Assembly: GCA_040830765.1 (NCBI GenBank)
Contig: JBFOMH010000002.1
Span: 55,465 to 119,464 of the forward strand
Source of the DNA: Puniceicoccaceae bacterium
GTDB taxonomy: Bacteria > Verrucomicrobiota > Verrucomicrobiia > Opitutales > Oceanipulchritudinaceae
Direction of reading: 5' to 3'
Length of the DNA: 64,000 nucleotides
The notes under the pieces were generated by a model that saw nothing but the letters and a program-made list of their open reading frames with translations, searched no databases and had not been told where the DNA came from. Below, one piece after another: positions 11,700 through 22,800 of the stretch; position 1 is the stretch's first letter, and the number at the start of each line of letters is the position of its first letter. The translations under genes and the position numbers were made by a program.

Positions 11700-14600
11700 T
11701 TAAGCTTTCCACCAGTGGTAGGCGCGGCGGAAGAACTTGGCGATATCCTCGAAGATGAGATAGACCATGGGGACGAGGAAAAGGGTGAGGAAGGTGGCGA
11801 AGGCGATCCCGCCGGCGAGGGAGACGGCCATGGGGATAAGGAACTGGGCCTGGCGGGACTTCTCGAGGAGAAGCGGGGTGAGGCCGCCGATGGTGGTCAG
11901 CGAGGTCAGGAGGATGGGCCGGAAGCGGACGACGCCGGCCTTGGAAACGGCCCGGAGGAGGGAATAGCCTTCCTGGCGGCGACGGTTGACATAATCGACG
12001 AGGACGAGGGAGTCATTCACGACCACTCCTACGAGGGCGAGCATGCCGAGGATGGACATGATACTGAGGGTATCGCCGCGGAAAATATGGAAGAGAATGG
12101 CCCCGATGGTGCTGAAGGGAATGATCAGCATGATAATGAAGGGCTGGGCATAGGAGCGGAAGACAATGGCCAGCATGGCATAGATCCCGAAGAGGACGAG
12201 AATGATGCCGAAGCGGAGGCTCTCGAAGCTCTCGCGCTGTTCGCGGGCTTCCCCCTCGAGGGAAAAGGAGACTTCCGGATGGAGGGCAAGGAGATCGGGG
12301 AGGTAATTCTCGATGAGGTCCGCCTTGATCTTTTCGACGTCGCCCTTCCCTTCCTCGATGTCGGCGGTGACATTGAGGGTGCGGTTGCGGTCGACCCGGC
12401 GGATATTGGGCAAGCTTTTGCCCATCTCGGCATTGGCCACCTCAGCGAAGGGCACCTCGTTCCCGTCGGGGGTACGGATGCGCATGTTCTCGAGGTTGCC
12501 GAGGCTGCGGCGCTCCTCCTCCGGATAGCGGACCATGACGCGGACATCGTCTCGCCCGCGCTGGATACGCTGGGCCTCGAGCCCGAAAAAGGCCTGGCGG
12601 ACCTGCCGGGCGAGGTCCTCGGAGGTCAGGCCGAGGTTACGGGCGGCCGGCTTGAGAGTCAGCTTGAGCTCGTCCTTGCCGGACTCGAAGGAGTCGAGGA
12701 TATCGACGACGCCGGGATAGGTAGCGAGCTGGTCCTTGAGCTTCAGGGCGAGAGCGTCGAGCTGCTTGAAGTCGGGCCCGGAGAGCTGGATATCGATGGG
12801 CGCGCCCGCACTGGAGCGGGAGAAGATATAGCTGACTTCCCCACCGGGGACAAAGCCGACCTTGTTGCGCCATTCGCCCGAGACCGCAAAGGCGGAAACG
12901 GCGGGGTTGCGGGTTTCGCCAGGCTCCAGCTCAAGAATCACTTCCCCGAGGTGGCTCTGGCCACTGCCACTTCTCCCGAAGCGGCTCCCGAAAGGCTGGC
13001 CACCGACGGTCATAAGGGAATTCATGATGGTCCCGTCGCCGTATTGCTCGTTGAACTGGTTACGCGTCTCCTCCGCAGCAGCGGCAATCTGGCGGATATA
13101 GCGCTCGGTGACTTCAATTGGCGTCCCGATCGGCATGTCGAGGCGGACGGTCACGGTATCACTCTCGATACGGGGAAAGAAAAAGAACTTCAGCCGGCCG
13201 GTGGAGAGAAACCCGATCATAACCATGAGGAGGACCACGAAGACGGCGGCCGTACTGTAGCGGTACTTGATGGCACCGTGAAGGAGCGGCCGGTAGACCT
13301 TCTTGATCAGCAGCTCCAGTCCATCAGCGAAGAAGCGTTGGAAGCGCTGCAGGAAATTGAGCTTTTCCCCCTTGCGGCCAAGGTGGGTCAGCAGGCTCAT
13401 GTGGGAAGGCAGGACCAGCTTGGACTGGACGAGGGAGAACGCTAGGCAGGCAATGACGACAATGGCAATGACCGAGAAAAAGGCCCCGCGGCGACCCGGG
13501 AGCAGCATCAGCGGGACAAAGGCAATCATCGTGGTGATGACCCCGAAGGTCACCGGGACGCTGACTTCATGGGTCCCCCGGATGGCGGCCTCGGTAGTGT
13601 CCCCGCCCTTGCGCAGATGGTTGAAGATATTCTCCCCGGTGACAATGGCATCGTCGACGACAATCCCCAGGACCATGATGAAGGCGAACATCGAGAGCAG
13701 GTTGAGGGAGATGTCGAAGAGCGGCATCACCGCCAGCCCGCCGAGGAAACTGACTGGCACCCCGATGGCTACAAAGATGGCCACCGAGAAACGGAGAAAG
13801 GCCGCCAGTATCAGGAAAACCAATACACCCCCCCAAAGGAGGCTGCTGGTCAGGGTATTGAGGCGGCCCTCGATCCGTTCCGACCAGTCGCTCCAGACGG
13901 TCAGGCTGACGCCCTCAGGCAGGGTCGCCGAGGAGCGCTCGATGTAGTCCTTGACGGTATTGGCCAGCTCAATGACGCTCTGGTCGCCGACGCGGAAGAC
14001 ATCGACCATGACGGCGCGGTTTCCGTTGAACTCGGAATACATGACGTTCTCGTCAAAGCCGTCATTGACCTGGGCAATGTCAGCGAGGGTGAGCCGGGTC
14101 CCGTCGGCCTGGGTAACGACGACAATCTCCTCGAACTCCTCCTGGAATTGGGCCTCGGCATCGGTCCGCAGGAGGACATCGCCCCCGCGGGTACGGATGC
14201 GACCGGCCGAGAGGTCGACGGAGGAACGGCGAATGGCATTGGCGACATCGGCAAACGTCAGCCCGTAGGCCCGGAGTGTATTTTCCGAAATCTCAATCGC
14301 CACTTCATAGGGCCGGGCCCCACGGAGCCCCACCTGGGTGACCCCGGGGAGGTTGGTAATCTCGTCCCGGATACGTTCCCCGAGGCGCTTGAGGTCACGC
14401 TCGGTCAGCGGGCCGGAAAGGACAATGTTGAGGACGCGCTCGGAACGGGAAGGTTGCTCGATAATCGGGCGCTCGGCGTCCTCGGGAAAGGTGCTGATGG
14501 AATCGACCCGGTTCTTGATATCGTCAAGCAGCTTGCGCGGTTCGTATCCCTTCTGGACTTCGGCGGTCACGGTCACCGAGCCCTCCGAGGCATTGGTAAA

Positions 14601-14837
14601 GATACGGTCGATTCCCTGGAGATCCTGAATCGCCTCCTCAATACGGACCCCGATGGCCTCTTCTGATTCGGTCGGGGTGGAGCCGCGGTAGATGACGCGG
14701 ACATTGACGACATCCGCCTCGACGCTGGGGAAGACCTCAAGGGTCAGCCGGTTGAAGGCGGAGAAGAAGCCGACCACGCAAATGGCGGCCATGAGGAGGT
14801 TGGCCGCGACCCGGTTCCGTGCGAAGTAATCAATCAT
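11700..14837 (-). CDS. RND efflux transporter permease (AcrB/AcrD/AcrF family)
   Basis: About 1045 aa with two large periplasmic loops; GIVVDDAIV and RFRPILLTSLTT motifs; the ATG overlaps the MFP stop. Confidence 0.93.
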   Translation of the reverse strand: MIDYFARNRVAANLLMAAICVVGFFSAFNRLTLEVFPSVEADVVNVRVIYRGSTPTESEEAIGVRIEEAIQDLQGIDRIFTNASEGSVTVTAEVQKGYEPRKLLDDIKNRVDSISTFPEDAERPIIEQPSRSERVLNIVLSGPLTERDLKRLGERIRDEITNLPGVTQVGLRGARPYEVAIEISENTLRAYGLTFADVANAIRRSSVDLSAGRIRTRGGDVLLRTDAEAQFQEEFEEIVVVTQADGTRLTLADIAQVNDGFDENVMYSEFNGNRAVMVDVFRVGDQSVIELANTVKDYIERSSATLPEGVSLTVWSDWSERIEGRLNTLTSSLLWGGVLVFLILAAFLRFSVAIFVAIGVPVSFLGGLAVMPLFDISLNLLSMFAFIMVLGIVVDDAIVTGENIFNHLRKGGDTTEAAIRGTHEVSVPVTFGVITTMIAFVPLMLLPGRRGAFFSVIAIVVIACLAFSLVQSKLVLPSHMSLLTHLGRKGEKLNFLQRFQRFFADGLELLIKKVYRPLLHGAIKYRYSTAAVFVVLLMVMIGFLSTGRLKFFFFPRIESDTVTVRLDMPIGTPIEVTERYIRQIAAAAEETRNQFNEQYGDGTIMNSLMTVGGQPFGSRFGRSGSGQSHLGEVILELEPGETRNPAVSAFAVSGEWRNKVGFVPGGEVSYIFSRSSAGAPIDIQLSGPDFKQLDALALKLKDQLATYPGVVDILDSFESGKDELKLTLKPAARNLGLTSEDLARQVRQAFFGLEAQRIQRGRDDVRVMVRYPEEERRSLGNLENMRIRTPDGNEVPFAEVANAEMGKSLPNIRRVDRNRTLNVTADIEEGKGDVEKIKADLIENYLPDLLALHPEVSFSLEGEAREQRESFESLRFGIILVLFGIYAMLAIVFRSYAQPFIIMLIIPFSTIGAILFHIFRGDTLSIMSILGMLALVGVVVNDSLVLVDYVNRRRQEGYSLLRAVSKAGVVRFRPILLTSLTTIGGLTPLLLEKSRQAQFLIPMAVSLAGGIAFATFLTLFLVPMVYLIFEDIAKFFRRAYHWWKA

Positions 14838-16002
14838 CCCCAATTCCCTCCGGCTGGACATGCATGCCGTCAATGGCAAGGGGGAGCTGGGTCAGGCAGG
14901 CGAGTGTTCCGGGTTGGATGCTTTCCTCGCGGAAGACGATGACCTCGTTGTCGGACCAGAGGGGCTCGACAGTGACACGCTTGATACGGTTCTCGTCGTC
15001 GAGGGCAAGGATGTAGCGGGCCTCGCGGAAGGCCCGGCGCGGCAGGACATAGACATTTTCCAGGATACTCCCCTCGATCCGGGCCTCGACAAAAAGCCCC
15101 ACCTTGAGCGGCTGGCCATGGCTGGGACCGTAGGGGTCATCCACCTGGGCGACGACAAAGACCTGCCGGCTGCTGGTATCAATCGCACCCTCGACACGGA
15201 CGATGCGGCCCCTCCAGCTGTGGTCTTCCTGTCCGAAGGAGGCACTCAATGTCACGGGAACATTGGGCTGGGTTGAGTTGTCTCCCCGGACCACGGGGTC
15301 GACATCGAGAAAGGCAAACTCCCCGGTGGTCAGGGGAAGGCGGATTTCCGCGTAGTCGACAGCATATACGCGGGCCAGGACGGAGCCCGGACTGACGACC
15401 TGGCCAATGTCGACATTCTTGTCGAGGACACGGCCATCGTAGGGCGCGGTGATGCGGGTCCGCTCGAGATTGCGGCGGGCCTCGGCGACGCGCGCCTCGG
15501 CGGCGTCAACATTGGCCCGGGCAAGCGCCAGTTGGGGCACCCGGAGGACCAGGTCGGTCGGCGGAGCGCCTTCCCCGAGGCGTTCCCAGTCCCGCTGGGC
15601 CTGATTAGTCTGGGCCTCCTCCTCGGCGAGGCGGACCCGCGCCTCGGCAAGGTTGGCCTCGGCAATCGTCAGGGCTGTCTGGTAGTCGCTGGGATCAATC
15701 TCCAGCAGGATGTCACCCTGCGCGAAAAAGCCACCCTCGCGGAAATTGTCGGCGACGTACATGATTTCCCCGGAGACCTGCGGAATAAGTGTACTTTCGG
15801 TCCGCGCAGAGACAGTCCCCTGGGTATCGAGAACAACCGTAAAGGATTGCGGCTGGAGGGCCTGCGTCTCGACCTCGATGACCGGCTCCGGCGGTGTCCG
15901 GCGCTGGGCGACCGGCTTGGTGGCCACGAGAGCATAAAAGATAATGACCCCGACCCCGAGAATGAGGAACGGCAGTGACTTGCGGAGGATTTTCGAAAGC
16001 AT
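14830..16002 (-). CDS. RND efflux membrane-fusion (periplasmic adaptor) protein
   Basis: N-terminal TM; PQVSGEI..GDILLEID lipoyl half-motif, helical hairpin, ITAPYDGRV. Confidence 0.92.
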   Translation of the reverse strand: MLSKILRKSLPFLILGVGVIIFYALVATKPVAQRRTPPEPVIEVETQALQPQSFTVVLDTQGTVSARTESTLIPQVSGEIMYVADNFREGGFFAQGDILLEIDPSDYQTALTIAEANLAEARVRLAEEEAQTNQAQRDWERLGEGAPPTDLVLRVPQLALARANVDAAEARVAEARRNLERTRITAPYDGRVLDKNVDIGQVVSPGSVLARVYAVDYAEIRLPLTTGEFAFLDVDPVVRGDNSTQPNVPVTLSASFGQEDHSWRGRIVRVEGAIDTSSRQVFVVAQVDDPYGPSHGQPLKVGLFVEARIEGSILENVYVLPRRAFREARYILALDDENRIKRVTVEPLWSDNEVIVFREESIQPGTLACLTQLPLAIDGMHVQPEGIGDD

Positions 16003-16011
16003 CGTTAACAA

Positions 16012-16140
16012 GGTCTTAATCTTAGCCTTAATCTTAATCTTAATCTAAGACTTTTACGCAGGGATTAGGATCAAGATTAAGATTAAGGCTAAGATTAAGA
16101 TTGGGAGGGAAAGATTAAGGCTAAGATTGAGATTAAGATT
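16012..16140. repeat. Hexamer inverted-repeat element, copy 3 (one left arm, two right arms), inside the RND operon
   Basis: GGTCTT AATCTT AGCCTT AATCTT AATCTT AATCTA / 13-nt spacer / GGGATT AGGATC AAGATT AAGATT AAGGCT AAGATT AAGATT / GGGAGGGA / AAGATT AAGGCT AAGATT GAGATT AAGATT. Confidence 0.95.
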
Positions 16141-16141
16141 T

Positions 16142-17539
16142 TTAGTAGTCGCCCCCGAGGGCCAAATAGAGGGCGAGGCGGTTTTGCAGTAAGTCGTTTT
16201 TCACGGAAAGCATATTGCTGCGGGCGGTAAAGGCCCGGCGCTGGGACTCGAGGACGGTGATGATATCGACAAGGCCACGCTCGTAGCGTTCCTCGGCCAA
16301 TTCCTGGGCGCCGACGGATTCCTCGGCGGATGTCTCCACGGCTGCCAGCTGCTCCCGCAGCAGTTCCTCCCCGACAAGGGCTGATTCCACTTCGCGGAAG
16401 GCGGTCAGGGCGGTATTCTGGTAATTGGCGATGGATTCGGCAAGGGCCGCCTCGGAGCGATCGACATTGGCCCGCAGGCGCCCGCCCTGGAACAGCGGTG
16501 CAGTGAGGTTGCCAGCCAGGCTCCAGACATCAAAGGAGTCCTTGAGGATATCCTCCAGATCGGCACTGGCCCGGCCGTAGCGGGCCGTCAGGCTGATGGA
16601 GGGAAGAAGGGCCTTTTTGCTCTCGGCAAAGCGGTAATCGGCAGCGGCCACGCGCTGCTCCGCGGAGAGTAGATCCGGGCGCCGCAACAGCAGGTCCGAG
16701 GGAACACCGGCCGGGACAATGCCCTCCAGTTCCGGAAGCGCCTCCGCCACGGCAAGGGTCCCGGAGGGATAACGTCCGAGGAGGACTTCCAGCTGGCGCA
16801 CGGCCGTATCCGCGAGGCGCTTGCGCAGGTTGTAGGTGGAGCGGGCACCGGCAACATTGGCCCGGGTCAGGCGCAGATCGAGGGCCGGACTAAGGCCGCG
16901 CTTGAAGCGTTCCTCGACGGTGGTCAGGTTGGCCTCGAAGGAGGTCAGGGTCTCCATCGCAAGGGCTTCCTGCTGCCTTGCCTCAATGGCCGCAAACCAG
17001 GCCTGGGCGACCCGGGTGGCAATGGAGAGCCGCAGGGCACGGAAGTCGGACTCGGCGGCCGCGGCATCCGCCCCGCCGGCAAGGGCTTGCGCCCGCACGC
17101 GGCCCCAGAGGTCGAATTCCCAGTTGGCCACTGCGTTAATATCAAAGCGGTCGGAACGGAAACGGATCGGGGGATCCGATAAATTGTTGCTCATGGAGCG
17201 CTGGGCCCCACCGGTCAGGGAGACGCTCGGCAGGCGCTCGGCCCCCTCGATGCGGGCAATGGCCATCGCCTGTTCCAGCCGGGCCACACCCGCCTGGAGC
17301 TGGAAATTGCTGTCTACCGCCTCATTGACCAAGGCATCCAGCTGCGAATCCCCGAAGGCCCGCACCCATGCCTGCGGTTCGAGACCCTCACCACTGCCGG
17401 TTCCCCAGCTCGACGGGACCTCCACCTCAAGGATGGCTTCCGCCGGCGGCGGCCCTTGCACGCAGCCTCCCAGCAGTGCCAACCCGGCCAGCCCGGTAAT
17501 CACTCCTCCTTTAAGCATTGCCTCTTTTAAGCGGTTCAT
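16142..17539 (-). CDS. Efflux outer-membrane factor lipoprotein (TolC/NodT/OprM family)
   Basis: Lipobox LLGG-C; WEFDLWGRVR, PSDLLLRRPDL, AFREVESAL and LYLALGG motifs. Confidence 0.93.
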   Translation of the reverse strand: MNRLKEAMLKGGVITGLAGLALLGGCVQGPPPAEAILEVEVPSSWGTGSGEGLEPQAWVRAFGDSQLDALVNEAVDSNFQLQAGVARLEQAMAIARIEGAERLPSVSLTGGAQRSMSNNLSDPPIRFRSDRFDINAVANWEFDLWGRVRAQALAGGADAAAAESDFRALRLSIATRVAQAWFAAIEARQQEALAMETLTSFEANLTTVEERFKRGLSPALDLRLTRANVAGARSTYNLRKRLADTAVRQLEVLLGRYPSGTLAVAEALPELEGIVPAGVPSDLLLRRPDLLSAEQRVAAADYRFAESKKALLPSISLTARYGRASADLEDILKDSFDVWSLAGNLTAPLFQGGRLRANVDRSEAALAESIANYQNTALTAFREVESALVGEELLREQLAAVETSAEESVGAQELAEERYERGLVDIITVLESQRRAFTARSNMLSVKNDLLQNRLALYLALGGDY

Positions 17540-17683
17540 TCCTCAAAGCGCCAACTAAATCTGTTTTTACCGGATGGCAAATGACAGAGGTAGTTAACCG
17601 TCCATTTATTCCCTTCCACCCGGTGATTTGATTTGCATTGACGGAATTAATTCCCCTTTCAATCCTCAATTCTCCTTGCTTGT

Positions 17684-17759
17684 GGGGCTGTAGCTCAGTT
17701 GGAAGAGCGCGTCGTTCGCAATGACGAGGTCGTCGGTTCGATCCCGATCAGCTCCACCA
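17684..17759 (+). tRNA. tRNA-Ala(CGC)
   Basis: 76 nt GGGGCTG...CAGCTCC-A-CCA with the G3:U70 alanine determinant; anticodon arm CGTCG-TT CGC AA-TGACG; T-loop GGTTCGATCCC. Confidence 0.97.
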
Positions 17760-17920
17760 TGCTTCGCCCTGCTACACTTCGTTTCGCAGGGCTACGCATG
17801 GCAGGCCATAGAAGCGGTTTATAACAAATACGCCCGGGAAACCGTGATTTAGCTTGAGGGATGGGGAAAAATATATGGCTGTGGGAGCAGCTCAACCACC
17901 GTTGAGGACGCAGCGAAGGC

Positions 17921-19708
17921 ATGAAAGAAGAGGAATCCCAAAACACGCCACAGCGTGAAAGCCCGGGCAGGAAACCCCCGGGCGACCGCTTCATCCTGCT
18001 GGTACTGGCCGCGGCGGTCCTCCTCCGGCTGGTTTACGTCTTCGAGGTAATGGGCGGCCCCTGTCCGGAAACCTACCAGAACACGGACTCGGACATGAAT
18101 TTCTTCCTCATGCAGGGAAGGATCATTGCCAAGGGCGACTGGCTGCAGGACCGTTCCCTGCATCCCTACGCCAGCTGGCAACAGCGCATGGCACAGGAAT
18201 ACTTCGCCCACCTGGCCAAGGAAAGCGGTGAGGCGGAACCGCCCGTGGATCATGCCCGCAACCGCCAGCTCTGGGACGAATGGTACGGCGGCAAAACCTA
18301 CCACCAGGAACCTCTCTACGCCTACCTGCTGGCCATCCTGCATGCGCTCACGGGCCAGGAAATGCTGCTGGCCTACCTCATCCAGAGCCTCGCCGGGCTG
18401 GCCACCATCTTCCTGCTTTATGACGTCGCGCGGCAGCTCTTCGGGATGGCCACGGCCAGGGTAACAGCGGTGCTGGCCCTCCTGCATGGGCCAATGATCT
18501 TCTACGAGACCCTCCTGCTGCGGGCCAGCCTCATCACCCTGATCAGTATACTGGTCGTCTGGCTGACCCTGCGGGCCCGGGAACGCGGCCGGTTCGCCGG
18601 CTGGATTGTCGTCGGGCTGGCAGGCGGTGCCTCGATGCTCCTGAAGTCGACCTTCCTCCTCTACTTTGCCGGCATTGGTTGCCTGCTCCTGCTGGACCGC
18701 CCCTTGCGGATGCGCCGGGTTGTCCTCTGCGGCTCGGCGATGGCGGCAGGACTGGCGATTGCCCTGCTGCCCCTGATGGCGCGAAACCTTACCGTTGGCC
18801 TGCCCCCCCTGAAGATGGGCAGCGTGACCCCGATCACCTTCCTTGCGGCCAATCTCCCGGAGCAGGAGCAGCTCTTCGCCAGTGAGGAGATCGCCATTAT
18901 CATGGGCGAGACCAACGGGGAGACCCTCCCCATCGTCAAGGCAGTGTGGCGGGAAAACAGCCTTGGCTCCCTTGTCGCGACGGTCGCTAAGAAGGCGCAA
19001 CAGGTCCTGCACTGGTACGAAATCCCCAACAACAACAACATCTACTTCAACGCGCTCTATTCGAATGTCCTGCGATGGCTTCCCGCCACTTCGCACCTTC
19101 TCATCGCCCTTGCCCTACCCGGCCTGTTCCTCTCCTGGCGCCGCTGGCGGACCACGGCCCCGCTGTTGCTGATGGCGGCGAGCCATCTTGCCACCCTGCT
19201 GATCGCCTTTGCCCTTGCCCGTTACCGATTCCCGATGGTGGTCTGCATCATCCCCCTGGCGGCCCATACCCTCGCCTGCGGGTATAGCTATCTGAAAACA
19301 AGACGGTACCGCCCCGCGTTGATCACGGTGCTGTCCTGCATCCTGCTCTTTGCCTACATTGGCCGGCCCCTTCCAAAGGACCGGACCCTCGTCCGGTCCA
19401 GCGATGTCCTTCTCTCCCAGATCGCTTATTACTCAATGTATCTTGCGGTCGCCGAGGACCAGGGGGACTGGCCGACAATGGCCAGCCTGTGGGAGCAGTT
19501 CCTTGAGGCCAAGCCGGCATCGGTCCGCCGCATGGAGGATGGCCACCCGCCGCGCAACTCCCACGAGGAGGAGCTGGCCGGCATCTTCGCCAGGGCCTAC
19601 CGGGACTACAGCGAGGTCCTGCTGAAGGCCAACCGTCCTGAGGCCGCAACCGCGGCCAGGCAGTCAGGAGCGGCCCTGGAAGAAGTTGTTCCCCAGCCGC
19701 TGCAGTGA
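17921..19708 (+). CDS. GT-C fold (ArnT/PMT-like, GT39-type) multi-pass membrane glycosyltransferase with helical C-terminus
   Basis: Many TM helices; acidic first loop (DSD); YHQEPLYAYLLA, WYEIPNN and ARYRFP motifs. It resembles 61566-63371. Confidence 0.65.
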   Translation: MKEEESQNTPQRESPGRKPPGDRFILLVLAAAVLLRLVYVFEVMGGPCPETYQNTDSDMNFFLMQGRIIAKGDWLQDRSLHPYASWQQRMAQEYFAHLAKESGEAEPPVDHARNRQLWDEWYGGKTYHQEPLYAYLLAILHALTGQEMLLAYLIQSLAGLATIFLLYDVARQLFGMATARVTAVLALLHGPMIFYETLLLRASLITLISILVVWLTLRARERGRFAGWIVVGLAGGASMLLKSTFLLYFAGIGCLLLLDRPLRMRRVVLCGSAMAAGLAIALLPLMARNLTVGLPPLKMGSVTPITFLAANLPEQEQLFASEEIAIIMGETNGETLPIVKAVWRENSLGSLVATVAKKAQQVLHWYEIPNNNNIYFNALYSNVLRWLPATSHLLIALALPGLFLSWRRWRTTAPLLLMAASHLATLLIAFALARYRFPMVVCIIPLAAHTLACGYSYLKTRRYRPALITVLSCILLFAYIGRPLPKDRTLVRSSDVLLSQIAYYSMYLAVAEDQGDWPTMASLWEQFLEAKPASVRRMEDGHPPRNSHEEELAGIFARAYRDYSEVLLKANRPEAATAARQSGAALEEVVPQPLQ

Positions 19709-19740
19709 GGCGGACTTGCCCTGTCGGCAGTCGGCCGAAT

Positions 19741-19774
19741 AAAAAAGCGGAGGACCGCGCATGCGATCCCCCGC
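19741..19774 (-). terminator. Rho-independent terminator after the 1378-aa secreted protein
   Basis: Minus strand GCGGGGGATCGC-ATGC-GCGGTCCTCCGC followed by T6. Confidence 0.75.
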
Positions 19775-19801
19775 TGGGAATTATAATCCAATCGGTTCAG
19801 G

Positions 19802-22800
19802 CTATTCCTCCGTATCCATGAAATCGATACGGCGGAACCAGATATCGTTCCCGACGTCGTGCGGCGAAATGGGCCACTCGTCGCCATGGGTATACTGGTG
19901 CCAGATGGCATAGAGGCGGTTACCGGATGGATGCATCCGAATCTGGGCATGGCCCTGATGCGGTCCACCCTGGGCCAGCCAGGGCCAACGGTAGACAGTC
20001 TCCCCGGCGTCGGGACTGGAGCTGTCGGGATTGATATCCCAGGGCACCATCAGCCAGGTGGAACCACCATCGGTGGTCCGGGTGTAGAAGATATCCTCCT
20101 TCTCGGTGGTTTCCCCGCCCATGGGCTCGCCGATCCCATGGAGGACCTCCGCGGTGCCAAAGGCCACGTAATAGAGGCCATCGACCTGGGTATCATCCTC
20201 GGGATAGGTCTTGTTAACGGTGCTGCCGCCTTTCATCGGCGGGACCAACCGCGGGTCGGTGACGGTGTACTTGTTGCCCTTGAGCAAGGAGACATTCCGT
20301 GCCGGCTCGAAGTCGCCCCGGCCGTAGCGGTATTGTTTCTTGCCCCAATCACCGGTTTCCGGATCGCGCTCGATGACCTCGTGAATAACTTCCTCCGGTC
20401 CGTTCGGATCGGTGGTATAGCTCTGGCCACCATCGAAGGAGCGCCGGACATAGAAGTCCATGTGATCGCCCCCGAGGCGCCCCCAGTTGGGAGTGAAGGA
20501 GAACCCGAAGACAACCGTGTCGCCGCGGATAAACCCGCGGTGTGCCTTGGCACTGGAGAACGGATTGGCGAAGGACTCATCGGTCATGTTGCCATGATAC
20601 TGCTTCCATTTGCCAACCTTGTTCCAGGAATTGCCTTCGCCATCCCCTGCCCGTTCGATTGGATCCATCGACTCGACGGTGGCAGCACTCATGTTCATGT
20701 GCCGCCGATGTCCTTTCATAACCGTTTCGTCTGTCGCCTCCGCACCGGTGTCATAGCGTTGCAGGTTATCGAACTTATAGGGATTACCCGTATCACCAGG
20801 AGGAACAACACCCCGGACGACAAATACGTCCGATGGCTTTCCGTTGCCTTCGCGCCCCTGCCGGTAAGCGGCCAGCAGAACGGTGCGGCTCGCACCCATC
20901 TTGCTCTTGGGCTGGCTGATAAACCGGATCCGGCGCGCGGTTTCCGTCTTGTACTGACGGGTAATTCCAGTGCTTACCCCATCCGCATCCTTGAAGAAGA
21001 TGGGGATGAGATCCCCGTTGTTGTCGAGGGCGGGCAGATTGAGGATATGACCGGCACTGATCCGATCCGGCTGATCGAACTTGAACGAGTGGTAGATGAT
21101 GTTCTTGCCCTTGTCGTCCGGTTCAGGCCGTTCGGTGTCTGTATCCTCGCCATGTTCACCTTCCGGTGGAATCCCAAGGCCCTTGGTCTCCTCGTAGCCA
21201 AGGATGACCCAGCCACCGGATTGCACCTGCAGTGATGGCCGGCAGGCTCCCGTATTCCCGTCAAGCTCGCGACCATCAGCAGTAACGGCGACGGTCTTGA
21301 GAACGCCAGGCTTGTTGATGAACTGTGTCCACCGTAAGCCGCTTGCGGGTTGATAGTCGCCCAGGACCTCTTCGTCCCAGATGTTTTCGTCACGGTCCGG
21401 ACTGAGGTCAACAATCCCGAGCTCGGGCAGCTCGTAGGCATAGCGGGCCATGCCCCAGCCGCCACCGCGGCCACCATGGTCGCTATGGTCGTGGTCATGT
21501 TCATCCTCGGCTGAATCAGCCTCGGCGACATCGACCACGGTGTCATCGCAGCCACCCTCATGCTCGTGTTCGGTGGCCTCGAAGTCTTCCTCGAGGGCCC
21601 CCATAAGCGGGATGAAGGTACCGGTGACCGGATCAATGACCGGCAGGCCGGTTTCCGGATCCAGCTCGACCTTCAAGTTCTCGGTATTGACGACGGCGTT
21701 GTCAGAGACACGGACCGGCAGGGACATCGGCACCAGCCATTTGGGCCGGTTGGAGATCTCGGGCTGTTGTCCGTGATCATCGGGCGATTCCTCGCTGTGC
21801 TCGTCCCCGGAATGATTGGCATCGGGATCCCAGTTGACATCTATCTTATCGAAGTCGTCGATCTTGATATAGCTGTACCAGATGTCGGTCTTCTTGTGGA
21901 CGGTAGCACCGCTCCAGCCATGACCGCCACCCTTGCAGCTACCGGGAAGCAAGCCGCCCGGGTCTTCCTGCCAGGCGACCGCAAAGCCGACATTCCTCGC
22001 TCCATGCAGCATGGCGAAAAAGGCATCGCGGCGTCCGGAGGTCAGCCGTTCCGGCTTGAACCAGACCATGTCGCCGATTTCCTTTTCCGGATAATCAACG
22101 GCATTGCCTTCCCAGACCAAAACCCCACGGCAGGCCCACAAGGCGTAGTAGGGAATCTCGCCGAATCCCTGGTCGCCGACATCCTTGTCCTTGTCGTAGT
22201 CAACAGAACCCTGTCGACCCCTTACACCCCAGACGTCGTTCACGACATAGGCGTCATCATATGGATAGTCGTCGTCTCCCTTGATGGCGAAGCTGGGCTT
22301 GCCACCATGAGCGAAGGCACTGGTCCAGATAACCATGACCTTGTCATCGACAATCTTTTGTCGCGGTCCGCGGGAATCACCCGGGAAGCGCTCACCCGAC
22401 TTCAGCATGAAGGAGGATTTGCGGGCCATGTGGGAAACGTTGAAACGCTTCCAGGTGGCTCCATCGTCCATCGAAACCGCGGTGATGATGTCCGCGCCCC
22501 GGCGGGAAATACCTGCCGAGGGATTGGGTTCCTGCTCCTCGGTGTAAGTAACGATGAGCGGCTTCACCTTGGTATGGGTGCTGATGACGTTGCCCTCTGC
22601 ATCCTTGTAATCAACGAAGGTCGAATCGCCGGCGGCAGTCCTTGCCGGTACGTAGACCGGCATGATGTCCAGCTTCGGCTTGTCGACGGCATACTCCGGG
22701 CTCTTGGAGATGTTCCGGCGCATCAGTCGGGAGCCAATCGCATCCTGCAACCAGGCGAGGGCGTCCTCAGGTAAGACATCCCCCAGAATGGCCAGGAGCT

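Noticed and set aside
17695..17994. 99-aa minus-strand ORF ending [21 protein letters not shown]
   Set aside because: It is the antisense translation of tRNA-Ala.
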